A stretch of DNA of 64,000 nt, from assembly GCA_012295275.1 (NCBI GenBank), contig CM022668.1:9610001-9674000 (forward strand). Reading direction: 5' to 3'. The DNA comes from Chrysomallon squamiferum. Its lineage: Eukaryota > Animalia > Mollusca. A program made the translations under genes and the position numbers. The notes beneath the pieces are model-generated. The model was not told where the DNA came from and searched no databases. It saw nothing but the letters and a program-made list of their open reading frames with translations. Positions 1-13,094 of the stretch are shown one piece after another. Each line of letters opens with the position of its first letter. The stretch's first letter is position 1.

Positions 1-474
1 TAGCTGTATCACTGATCGATATGTATACACACAACTGTATGGTTGAGAATATTCGTTGTGAATGTACTGCAGTATGTGTCTCTTTGTACAGTGTGTGTGT
101 GAGTGAACGAGTGAGTGGGTTTTTGTATGTGTTTATATGTGTGTTTGGATTACTTGTGTTTGATGTTTCTGTCTGTGTGTATGAGTATGATATGTATGTG
201 TGTGTATCCATATGTGTGTGAATTGTACCTGTGTGCGTGTATATTTGTGCATATCTGTATGTATGTATGTATGTGTATATTTATGTATATATGTACATGT
301 GTGTATGTATGTATGTATGTATATTTGTAATTGAATGTATATGTATGATGAATATATATATAGAGAGTGATCTAACTTGGTCCTCCTGCGCCAGTGCATT
401 CCTGATAACTTTGTGTGCAGTCTATTCAGACATACTCAAAATAACAGAATATTCATTCCTAAATAAATACATAC

Positions 475-538
<64 letters not shown>

Positions 539-1346
539 AACGTGTTACACACACGCACGTGTTTGTACATATATATATTCTTGTATTTAGATATTTCCTT
601 TTGTACTCTACATTACAAATACACACAACCACTCATATATAAATTTAAAAATAAAATAAATTAAATTTTTTTTAAAAAGCCGCACTGAATTTACGAAGTT
701 CATTTTAATCTATATTATTATAATACTGTTACCTGAGACGTGAAATTGATCATGTGAAAACATTTATCAAACAAATTCAGGTATGAGCGCTAGTAACAGG
801 TGGTTTTGCATTATTAGGTCAGGGGACGTGACAGTTGAGATACGGGGTGGGGGGCGCGAGAGTGGAGAGGGGAGGGGGTGCACTCTGGAAACGAAACGAA
901 ACAAAACTTCAGCGTCTTGAAGGCTGAAATCTTCTCCCAGTTGATTTGTTATAGGAGTTTTTTTTTTTTATCTGTTAGGTGCTGTAGTTTCTCGTAGACT
1001 AGGTCAAGGGTTCAGGGGCGCATATGTTATGAAGTTAATGAAGTTTGAAGTTTAAATGAAGTTTAAACTTCAAGGCCACTAATCCAGAACTAGTTTCAGA
1101 AGCGTATGTAGTCCATATTCCTTTAAAATTTTTATTTCTAAACTGAGATGCCGTGGTTGAATTTTTACAACATTTATGGTGATTTGTCACGGAAGAAGTC
1201 TTCAGAAGAAGGAAACAGAGGTTACCCACACCTCGTTACTGCTTGCGAAGGGTCCAAAGAGCAGATAAAGCTGTTTAAATCGCACCCTTAACCCACCCAA
1301 AATATTACACTTAAATAATGTAATTTGACGTATTTTGTCGTTGTCG

Positions 1347-1377
<31 letters not shown>

Positions 1378-1494
1378 CATTGTTATTATTATTATTATTA
1401 TTATTATCGTCATCATCATTATCACTATTATTATTATTGTCATCATTATTGTTATTATTATAATAATCATCATCATCATCATCATCATCATCAC

Positions 1495-1535
<41 letters not shown>

Positions 1536-2371
1536 CAGTGTTTCTGATAACTGTCTGGGTCTATATCCTTCTGTCTGTCAGTTTGTAAATCTACATCTCT
1601 GTATCTGTCTGTCTATCTTTGTCACTGCTATCTGTCTGTTCTATCCATCCATTTTACTATACATGTGTCTGTATGTATGTGTATTTCTATTCGTGTATCA
1701 TCTATCTGTAGTCATTTTTAACATCTATATCTCTATGATGTGTATCTAAACATATGTCTGTTTATCTATGTAGGTTTGTAACCTCGCGTATTTTCCTGTC
1801 TGTTTTTATCTCTGTGTATTTGTATTTCTTTTTTCTGTCAGTGTGACGGCCTACTATTCTGAAACACACGAAAATATACCGTGTGAAAATTGCTCTCAAA
1901 AATAAAAGTCATGATTCATTAATAACTCTTCGTAAAATTAGACTAATTAACAGCATGACCTCGATGATTGGGTAGTAAATGAAAAAAATACAAAAAAAAA
2001 AAAAGCCAACAACACTGTATTGATTAATCAGATGTTATTTTGGTAAATTACAGCTTTATTTTTTGTTGTTTCTGTTGGGTTTTTTTTTTTTTGGTTTTCT
2101 TTTCGTCGCCGATTTTCTTGAGTAGATGACGTCACTGCGTTTAATAAATGCAAGCTGATGTCTGCAGTAAACTACGACATTGTGTAACAAAAGATATAAT
2201 CTGCGAAAGAAATTATCGTTTAAAACGGTGTTGCAGACGACAGTGATTATTTTTTTTATTGGGGAAGCAGATGAAAGTAAGCGAAGCAGACGATAATTCA
2301 CTGGAAAGAAAAATCGGCTAAAAGGTAAAATGTTTGTCAGTCGATATATCTGTCTATCTGTCTATTTATCT

Positions 2372-2466
<95 letters not shown>

Positions 2467-2819
2467 GACATATATGCAGGCACACACGTACAAATACTCA
2501 CACATACTTGTTTGTGGGTGTATATATATGTATGTGTATATATATATATATATATATAAATTTTTTTTTTTTTTTTGCCCCATTAATAACACTGGCTACA
2601 ACTGTTACATTCAATAGAGACATAAAGTACAAGCGTGACCTAGAAAACTATGGATTGTTGTTTTTATTACAAACGTTATAGCTACTGCATGTTACCTTAC
2701 GTTGATTTTAAAATAAACTGAAAAAAAAAAAAAAACGAATTAAAAAGTTGTATATTTTATAAAATGGCGGAGGATTAAAATTATTTCGACTCTTGGTGTG
2801 TTAATAACAAATTTCGATT

Positions 2820-2858
2820 ATGGATTCTGACGATTATTATGAAGAAACTAATTCCGTT
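2820..2858 (+). CDS. Candidate alternative first coding exon (MDSDDYYEETNSV)
   Basis: ATG at 2820, 13 open codons, then consensus donor GTT|GTAAGT in phase 0, matching the phase-0 acceptor at 48775. Confidence 0.55.
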
Positions 2859-3246
2859 GTAAGTAAATGTACAAATCTTTTTTAAAACAACATGTATTTT
2901 TATTTTGGTGGTTACATACTCATATTTATAAGTAGGGAACAAATTTTGTAGATTTCTCGTCTTTTTTGTTAGAATCTTTGTAATCCTGCAGACGTGAAAT
3001 CACGTGACAGGTGTCATGTGATGATATATTTCAATTATCTATTTTTTTTACACACTTGATCGTGAACCTAAACTAATTCATTTATCGTTTTGGGGCCGAA
3101 GGTCAGATCCAGTACAGATGGTCTTAATTTTCATTGATATACACTGATCAATACTTTTATATTTTGTTTTTCAATACGTTTTTCGGCTGTTGTTTTGTTT
3201 GTGGGTTATTGTGGGGTTCTTTTTTTTTTTTTTTGGGTAAATTTGG

Positions 3247-3281
<35 letters not shown>

Positions 3282-3521
3282 TCAGGTCGAAAAATAAAAA
3301 TATGAGCTACCTACGAAGTAAAAAAATGTATATACGAAATTTACACTTTTAACTGTCCCAAGATATACTCACCTTTTTACTACTAGTACTATTAGAACAA
3401 CAGCAACAACTGTTACAACATTACCACTACTTCTACTACTATTACTACTACTGCTGCTGCTACTACTACTACTACTAATAATAATAACAACAATAACAAT
3501 AACAGTAATCATAATAATAAT

Positions 3522-3558
<37 letters not shown>

Positions 3559-4025
3559 TACATTGTAGAAATCAAGAACATATATTTATAATATATATTT
3601 CAAAAAAAAAAATTTTTAAAAATAAAAATATATTTAGAAATATAAAAGTATTTCAAAAAAAATATTTTTTAAAAAAAAAATTTTTTAGAAATCCAAAATA
3701 TGCATATGTTTAGAAAGCAAACAGCTACATTTAAAAAACAAAATATCTATTTCTTTAAACAAATAATAATATTTTGAAAACATACATATATTTAGAGAGC
3801 AAATATCCACAATAATAATTTTAAAAAAACAAATAATAGCTGTCTTTAGAAAAACACAGTATGTTTAGAAAGCAGATACCTACAGCTTGAATGCAAATGT
3901 AAAACATACGTATATTTATTAAGAATATACCTACAGGTTGTAAGCAAATGTCTATATATAGAAAACAAATACCAATATTTAGAACACAAAGACCTATATT
4001 TAGAAACAAGTGTGTATTTTTAGCA

Positions 4026-4103
4026 ATGTTATCTACGACGGCGGAAGGAAGGGTTGAGACTAAAACTCGTAAAAAGAAAAACAACCCAGCTGAAGATGAC
4101 GAG
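4026..4103 (+). CDS. Candidate alternative first coding exon (MLSTTAEGRVETKTRKKKNNPAEDDE)
   Basis: ATG at 4026, 26 open codons of non-repetitive charged peptide, GAG|GTATTG donor, phase 0. Confidence 0.55.
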
Positions 4104-4109
4104 GTATTG

Positions 4110-4230
4110 TCAAACCTGTAGAAAACCTACACCTATAGGTGTCACACATACACCTGTAGAAAAAGCTACACCTACAGGTGTCACACTTACACCTGTAGAA
4201 AAAACTTCACCTACAGGTGACACAGCCATT
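4110..4230. repeat. ~33-bp tandem repeat with internal near-palindrome CACCTACAGGTG
   Basis: About 3 copies directly after the 4103 donor; degenerate CACCTG/CACCTAC motifs continue to about 4545. Confidence 0.8.
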
Positions 4231-4707
4231 GTTTCTGTAGTCACCTAGGCTTGTCACTGTTATGTGTCTACATGCACTTGACACAAAATTTTCACGCAGA
4301 CAGGCACCTACAGATCTTACAGACACCTACATGTGAAAGAAATGACACCTTTGTAAAATACCTGAATTTATTAGTTACCTGTTTTTCTTTTTCTAATTTA
4401 TTTTTCACCTGTGACAATGCATATTTCACCTGTCATAATCAATATTGCGCGTGTGTTAATACACATTTCTTTATGATAAAACACGTTTGATTTGTCACAA
4501 TACCCGTTTCACCTGTGATACACCTACAGTCAGCAAACACACCTGGCTAAGCTTAAGTAAGGTAATACACAACAATTTTGTCTTTAAATTTTGATTTGAT
4601 TTATATTGATCATCCATGTGCTTGTTTATTTGTAACTTACAAACCTAAGCGTATTGCTTTCTTAACCTTCTTTTTCTTCTTCTTCTTCTTCTTTTTTTTT
4701 TCTTCTT

Positions 4708-4738
<31 letters not shown>

Positions 4739-4911
4739 TTGTTATTATTAAAAAAAAAAAAAAAAAAATATTTTACTTATGCTACTAATGTCTTTCTAAA
4801 TGTGTCAGTATTTTGTAGTAAATAAAAATAGCACGAACCTTTTCTGTGAGGCTTTAATATACAAAATAATAAAAGCTTCAGTCTATGATATTCCGTTCCA
4901 GATTCATCCAC

Positions 4912-5020
<109 letters not shown>

Positions 5021-5660
5021 AATGTGGTCTCTATCGTTATTATGTTCTCAAGTTGTTTGACTTTGTCCACTTATCTTGTAATAGCCTTTCTTCCAGTTAC
5101 TCCGGTTTTGTCACGTGACTGATCACGTGAACCAGGTAACTGTGACCAGCTGTTGTTTTATGCAGATGTTATTACTGTTACATCATACAGAGTACACCCT
5201 GTCATTTATCATTTTCAACATTCTCAACTATACGTTACATTAGATTTTTAATTAATTCGGTCCTTTATTAATATTATTTATTAATTCATTGATTCGTTCA
5301 TTAATTCGTTCATTTTTCACTCGTTCGTTTGTTCATTCACTCATTCGTTTCACAAGTGTAGTAGTATCGAGTATCAGCACTATGGTTAAGTCACTGGAAG
5401 TAAAATCGATAGTATCAGGATCGTATCTTAGTAGCGACTTTGTCTCCGAATTTAATATGGAATCGAAAGGCTATTCTTTCTGTATCTAATATTCTAACAT
5501 ACTAACATTATTCTTGATATTCTTAATACTTGATAATCCACACTTAGAGCTAGGTCTATGTCATTGGGTGTGAGTGATTCCATAGCTTCTGTTTCTGTAT
5601 GTCATTTTATCTCTCTCACTAACTCTTTCTCCTTCTTTTTATCTCTGTTTCTTTCTGTCC

Positions 5661-5794
<134 letters not shown>

Positions 5795-7000
5795 CACACT
5801 CGTTGTTTTCTGTCTCAAACACATATACAAAGACAAATAGTGTCCATCTTCTCTATCTTTCTGTCTTTTTTCTCTAAATTAATATTTTCTTTTTATATGC
5901 AATAAAAATGTAGTTTTATCATACCACGTGACAACTTTGAACGATTCACTTAGTATATATTGAAGTTTATTTTTCTTCTTCTTTATATATCTAGATATGA
6001 AATGACGTTACGACATAGATAAACTAGCAGCCTTCATGCATCCTCGTGAAATTGTAAATTTTTTGCCATACTCCATTATTAGTCAAACTGAAAGTATTAT
6101 CTTAATGTCAAACAAGCCTCAACAAGACCAATACATACTACATTACAACATCTACTACTAATACTATTACTTACTGCTGCTGCTGCTGCTGTTGCTGCTA
6201 CAACCACAACAACAACAACAACTACTACTACTACTACTGTTATTATTATTACTGTTACTTCTACAACTATTATTACTACTACTATTACTGCTACTACTTC
6301 TACAACAACTACTACTTCTACTTTTGATGCTGCTATTACTACTACTATTATCTATTACTATACTACTATTACTTCTACAACAACAACTACAACTGCTGCT
6401 GCTGCAGCAGTTTGTGCTACTGTTAGAAATAAGACGCAATTCTCTTCTTTTTTTCATCATCTTCAAAAGCTAAATCATACCCCAAATCCGATGATTAACG
6501 AAAGTCTCCGAAGAATCCCGAATATAACCGACGATTCACGATATGCAACATCTGTGCTCTAATTCCCCCCCCCCGCCCCAAACCCAAAACTTAGCGCGTC
6601 GGTAATTTTCTACTATTCTTATTTGTTTATAATGATTGGCGAACATCGACAGAATTGGCAGCATATGTCAGATACTTTCCATACATAAATTTCAAATGAG
6701 CAGACGTCACACGTTTTCCTGCTAATTGAATCGTTAAAACATTGTTACAACAACAACAAGACACTGAAGTGGCATTCGTACCTCGTTACAGTTCAGCAGT
6801 TTGCAATAGAAGGAAATATTCGCCGTGTACGACGTACGTACGTTGTGGATGTCGTCGTATGTGCGAAGTGTGTGCGTGAGTACAAACACCCATGAGTGAC
6901 GACAATGCGTACAGTCAGTTTTTCGAATTTTGTAACCGAGTGTCGCCACGGAAATCAACGATGAACACCGGAGATAAGTTTTTATTTTTTTATTTTAATG

Positions 7001-7037
<37 letters not shown>

Positions 7038-7779
7038 TTATTATTACTGTTATTGTTATTATTATTAATGTTGTTGTAATTATTGTTATAATAATAATAA
7101 TAATAATAATTAATTATTATTATTATTTTTATTATTATTATTATTATTGTTATTGTTGTTGTTGTTGCTGATGTTCCTAACATCATCATCATCTGCGTCT
7201 TTTGTCATTTCTGATGTTTATAAATAGAAAATGTTTATTCAAATCAAAGTGCTTCTGTCCCAGAAATTATTCGATGATGAACGTGTATTAATTTTATTGT
7301 TTTATTTGTTACTATTTTATTTATTTATTTCTGCATTTGTTTTCCAATTTTTTTTTACATGCTACTATGACCATGATGTGCGTACATTCAAAGCATTGTA
7401 ATGATTTTATAACTGTTTTACTAATTATAATAGTGAAATCGTAACAACAACAACAACAACACCTGTAACAAAATGAACAACAACGATAAACAATAAAAAT
7501 AAAAACAAAAATAACGATAACGACGACAACAATAACAAAAAGAACTGCAGCAACGTAAGGATAAAAATCAAACCAAACAAATATGACAGAAACGGTCTTC
7601 CATAGCTCCGAATACTTCTGTAATTTCAATATTTACACGCTCTCATTTATCTGTTTATATTTGTTTCCGTTGTACTCTCTCTGAAGCGAACATCTGTTAA
7701 ATTGATTTAATCGTGTTCATCGACAAAATAGGCAGCATCCTCATTACACCAACAACAGTAATAATAATAACAGAGCGCA

Positions 7780-8380
7780 AATTACGTAACATACCACAAC
7801 ATCCTTCATACATTTTTAATGTTAACTGCACTATCGTCGTCAGTAATATATTTAGACGAATTTGTCGCAACGGTCTTCCATACATTTTTAATGTTAACTG
7901 TCACTTTCAATAACGTCATTAGATGGATATGACATAACAGCGTTCCGTAATAAAGTAATTAGGTGAATATGACGTAACGGCCTTCCATACTTGCTTAATT
8001 CTTATATTTTCATTAGCGTAACTGTATATATATATTTTGAATTCTGCTATATTCAGTAGTGGTATTAGGTGTCTGTTAGATTTTCACATTTGCTTAATCC
8101 GACCGTTTTTAGCTGTATGTAACGGTTTTCCGTTTATCTTCAGTGACGTAATTAGCAGAAAGTGCGATAACATGCCTTCCATGTTTGTTTAATTTCAACC
8201 GCTTTCGACAGTGTAATTAAGTAAACATGACATAACGGCCTTCCGTAATTCTTAAATTCTACCATTTTCCAACGATACAATTAAACAAATAAAACATAAC
8301 GGGCTTCCAATGACAGTTTAATCTACGGTTTTCGTTTAATGTAATTAGGAGAATAAGACATAACGGCCTTCCATACTTGT
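7780..8380. repeat. Degenerate ~60-65-bp tandem repeat (core AATTAG...GACATAACGGCCTTCC)
   Basis: Core recurs near 7868, 7930, 7970, 8118, 8168, 8228, 8295 and 8357. Confidence 0.75.
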
Positions 8381-8704
8381 ATGTTTCTGCGTAGCCACTA
8401 TTTATATATATATATATATATGCGGCTGTTGTTTGATAAAGTTTATGTAGGTTTAAACATTTAAACCATCTGTCGCTGATGTCGATAGAGCTTGCGTAGA
8501 AACCAGCGGTCCCATGCAGTAAGATAATAGAAAATAAAATGGTTCCCTATTGTTCAAGTTAAATATATTGATGTAGATATAATAACTGCACAAACATACA
8601 TTTGCATTAACGTATGCACACTTATACATACTTAGAAATACGTACACACGTACGTACATAACGACTTAAAACATTTATATATAAAAATATATTATATATG
8701 TATG

Positions 8705-8762
<58 letters not shown>

Positions 8763-9737
8763 CTGTTTTTTGTTTTACGTGTCTGTATGTGTATCTATCT
8801 GTCTATACACATTTATATACAGAAATATATATATGCACATATATATATATATGCATACAGACACCTCTCAACGACATCGTCTTGTTCTTAATGTTGTTGT
8901 CGTTCTTTTTGTTGTCTGTTTGTTATGAGTATTTAATTCTGAATTGATGATGCTGTTGTTTACTTAACTAATGTTCATTCAGCTATCAGCATGGGTTAAA
9001 CAAACAACATATTTTGTTTCTCTCTACCTAATCACATACCCTGATATTACTGAGAGAGATTTTTATTTATTTATTTATTTATTTATTATTATTATTATTA
9101 TTTATTACATTTTTTTTAACCTTCTTATCTCTTTTTTTTTTATTTTTGTAGGCCAGACTTTGTTTTTTCAATTGTTCATCTTGTTATCTCATCCCTACCA
9201 TATAATTACAAATATGTATACATGTGTGTATATGTGTACAGACACACATACAGACAGAACACACATTCACATATATGTGTATGTGTAAGTACATATGCCT
9301 GTCTCTCTGTATGTATGTATATACACATTTAAAAAACATATACATATATATGCATATGATTAATTATGTAAGTACATATATACACACACACAATTACGTA
9401 ATTTCCTTTTGTTCACTGTTATTGTTTTAAGATTTCCCTGTTTTAATAAGCGACTTTAACTTGTGTTTGACAAGAATATTTTCTAGATGAAAATCACTGG
9501 ACATTTTTTTATTTAATGATTAACAAGTAGTATTTAGCTTGCTATCAATCCTCCGATCTCCCAATCCAACCATACTCGTGAATAGCTATCACAGCGTGAT
9601 ATTTTTTTTCTTACCTGTTTATGAGAAGGTGCTTATAGAACATTTCTTCTTGCTGATTCAAATATGTGTTGTTTTTAACCACGTGTTTATGACGTATAGT
9701 CGTTGATATTAAATCTTTTTTTTTTCTTTTTTTCTTT

Positions 9738-9783
<46 letters not shown>

Positions 9784-9951
9784 AAAACAAATTTAATTAT
9801 TTATTTATTTTTTTAACTTTCATCGTACCCGAATTATTATAGAAAAAAAAAAAAAATCTTACCAAGGTATTACTCACAACATCCTTTGCACACACATCCT
9901 TTGTTTGGCAGCTAGATTCAAACGCTTGCTGGTCCAAGGCATTCTTTTATA

Positions 9952-10078
9952 ATGGTCAGTTCAAAAAAAAAGGGTGCTTGACCAGGGCGTTGTCTTGTCT
10001 GTTTCACTTAGCGCAGCGACCACTGCCAGACGGTCTGTGAGGTACTCAGAAGCCGGACAGATAAACCAGAACCTGAAG
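9952..10078 (+). other. Candidate first exon, either non-coding or coding with a 1-nt excess in the A9 run at 9963-9971
   Basis: Strong donor AAG|GTAAGA at 10078/10079 in a GC-richer island. ATG 9952 to donor is 127 nt; with A8 it reads MVSSKKRVLDQGVVLSVSLSAATTARRSVRYSEAGQINQNLK in phase 0. Confidence 0.4.
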
Positions 10079-10204
10079 GTAAGAAAAACAACACTTCAGA
10101 CACCTTCGTGAAACTCTGTATTACGTAATCTGTGGGCATGGTTTGTTAGGCTCGACTGGTTTAAATTACTTCCTGTAAGAGAGTGGGAGAGATACAAAGG
10201 GAGA

Positions 10205-10367
<163 letters not shown>

Positions 10368-10471
10368 ATATCGACAAGAACACTAACTGCATTTATTTTT
10401 ATTTACTTGAACCTTGAAAAAAATTAAAGTGCTAATCAGATTACTTACTTGATCTGCACACCGTTTATACA

Positions 10472-10502
<31 letters not shown>

Positions 10503-11204
10503 TTATATATACATCTGGAATCTGTCATGGAGAGTTTTTGCATCCCTGTTGCTATAGTGTTTTTAAACCTTGTACTATTTCTGTTGTTTGAGTGATTATA
10601 AAATTGAAATACTCTTTTTAATCTGTTTTTTTTTTTTTTTTTTTTAAATTTTATTTAATAGTCTTACTGTCGACTTAAATTATTATGGTTTAAAGGGGAG
10701 GTAAATCTGTAATTCCTACGATTTTTCTTTTATGTTTCAAAATTTGTTTGTGTATATGTGTTTGTATGTCTGGGGAGTTGTATGTGTATGATATGTTGTG
10801 CGTTTGTTTATGTGTATGAATGTGTCTATTTATGTGTGCAAATATGTGTGTGTGTGTGTGTTTGTGTGTGAATGATGGTAATGTGTTTTGTGACGTCTAT
10901 AAATTGTTTCCAGTTTTAATGTTTTTGCAAATGAATAATGACTTTTGACTTTATCTCTGCATTTTGTACTCTCTTTTTTTTTGTGGATTTTTATCTTTCA
11001 ATAACTATTTAAAACTTCATAACGCAATGAAAAATGTGACATTTGTTCTAGAACATTTATCAGTTTTGTTGCTTTGATAAGAATTTGCAGTGTGACCATA
11101 TTATTGCACCTTGTACCATAAAATAATGTACATTATACTTACAAACATCTAAGACAGAAAGAAGGCACGAGAAAAGAAGAGAGAGAGAGAGAGAAAAGAG
11201 ACCC

Positions 11205-11352
<148 letters not shown>

Positions 11353-11469
11353 CAAAAACCACTGCAGTGATTGTTAATACAGTCTTTTGTTTTCGGCTGA
11401 TATGTCCGTCTTCTCACTACAATTTGATCCCTTTAAAATGACTTACATATTCAATGGCCTTGACTGGGT

Positions 11470-11600
11470 CGATTGTCGTCGTCTGCTATAGACTGTCATT
11501 GACTGTCGTCTGCTACAGTTGTTGTATACATACACACTGTGATTGTCGTCTGCTACAGTTGTTGTATGTATACGCACTGTGATTGTCGTCTGCTACGTTT
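11470..11600. repeat. 40-bp tandem repeat (TGATTGTCGTCTGCTACAGTTGTTGTAT...) upstream of the 11672 exon
   Basis: About 3 copies, starting near 11500, 11540 and 11580. Confidence 0.85.
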
Positions 11601-11671
11601 GTTCCGGCTCTGTGACAGCCGTCTGCTCGGCAAAGACTGTCTCCGTGTCTCACTGCGCGCGCGGACGTGTT

Positions 11672-11764
11672 ATGGGGAAGACGAAAGTTTCGTTCGGGCG
11701 AGTGTACGATGAGATCCGAATGGACGAGGAAAATGAGACAGTTTTGGGCGGCGATGTACCAAAA
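11672..11764 (+). CDS. Candidate alternative first coding exon (MGKTKVSFGRVYDEIRMDEENETVLGGDVPK)
   Basis: CpG-rich island, ATG at 11672, 31 codons, AAA|GTGAGT donor, phase 0. Confidence 0.7.
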
Positions 11765-11869
11765 GTGAGTAGTAGAAGAGTTGTTTATTGATTTGCATTT
11801 TTTTTTTTTGCCGCGTTCGTTTTGCCGCCGGAAAAAAGTTACAACGTTTTAAGGTGTGGTAATAGCAGA

Positions 11870-11971
11870 AACAAGCTGTTCAAATCAGTTGTAGTCTTAA
11901 AATCAGATATATATATATATATATATATATATATCTGATTTTAAGACTACAACTGATTTGAACAGCTTGTT
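11870..11971. repeat. Perfect 102-bp palindrome with (TA)n centre
   Basis: AACAAGCTGTTCAAATCAGTTGTAGTCTTAAAATCAG-(AT)n-CTGATTTTAAGACTACAACTGATTTGAACAGCTTGTT. Confidence 0.95.
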
Positions 11972-12443
11972 CACTATATACCATACTGTAAAACGAGGGG
12001 ACAGAATTGCGATCTTTAAAGTTGGGTGATAAGTAATGTAGTTTATAGAAAGTCTGTAACTGTTTTATGACAATACACAGGCAACCAACCACCCGGTTTA
12101 CCTGAATCAAGTCTGTTTTAAAGGTAGCGAAAAGAACAATTAAATAGCTTCATTTTCAGAAATTTTAGGCTGTAGGACTTCTAACCTGAAGCATGGAAGG
12201 TTGGTAAGATCAAGTGTCGTTAGTGATTCGTTTTGGCTATTTCCAGTTGAAGCCAAATCACCAAAATGTGGCTGAATGTGTGTGTATTGTTAACTTCAGA
12301 AAGATTTATGTAAAATAGTTCTTGCTGTGCTTGGTAAAAGAGTAACTCCTGCTGTGTAGGTAGGCTTCTTCTTTCTCTTGTATTATCATTATAGTGAATA
12401 AATAAGTAAATGAATAAATGAATGAATGAAATAATAAAATGAA

Positions 12444-12486
<43 letters not shown>

Positions 12487-12619
12487 GTAAATAAATAAAT
12501 AAATAAATAAGTGTTAAGAAAACGTGTGGAGGACTCGTCGTTAATCATTCAGTTGATGTTTATTATCTCCAGCGAACAGATGCGGAGAATAATTTTAGAT
12601 CAGTACATTCAAACCCAGC

Positions 12620-12661
<42 letters not shown>

Positions 12662-12937
12662 AACAGAAAACGTACGCAAATTTCTAAAGATACTAATAAT
12701 TTTCTTTAATAAACATATATAAATACTGACAAGCGAGTACATACATATGTGTGTGCGTCTGTGTGTGTGTCTGTGTGAATATATGTGTGTTTATATATAT
12801 ATATATATATTATATATTTCTTTACTTACATAGGCATACTCATATACATCACACACATACACGCAAACAATTATCCACATATCTGTCTCATACGCCCAAA
12901 AGCACGTATACGTACCGCGTCTCCGTCTGTCTATGTC

Positions 12938-13094
<157 letters not shown>

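Noticed and set aside
5370-5450. tRNA or tRNA-derived SINE head (TGGTTAAG...GGATCGTATC); lone B-box-like GGTTCAAA at ~32067 and ~34058
   Set aside because: No cloverleaf could be built and the boxes are too degenerate to call without a repeat library search
6780-6980. CpG-rich patch with ORF MSDDNAYSQFFEF... (ATG 6892) as another first exon
   Set aside because: No GT donor in phase 0 (GGAG|ATAAGT is non-canonical and phase 1); may be regulatory, but unsupported as an exon
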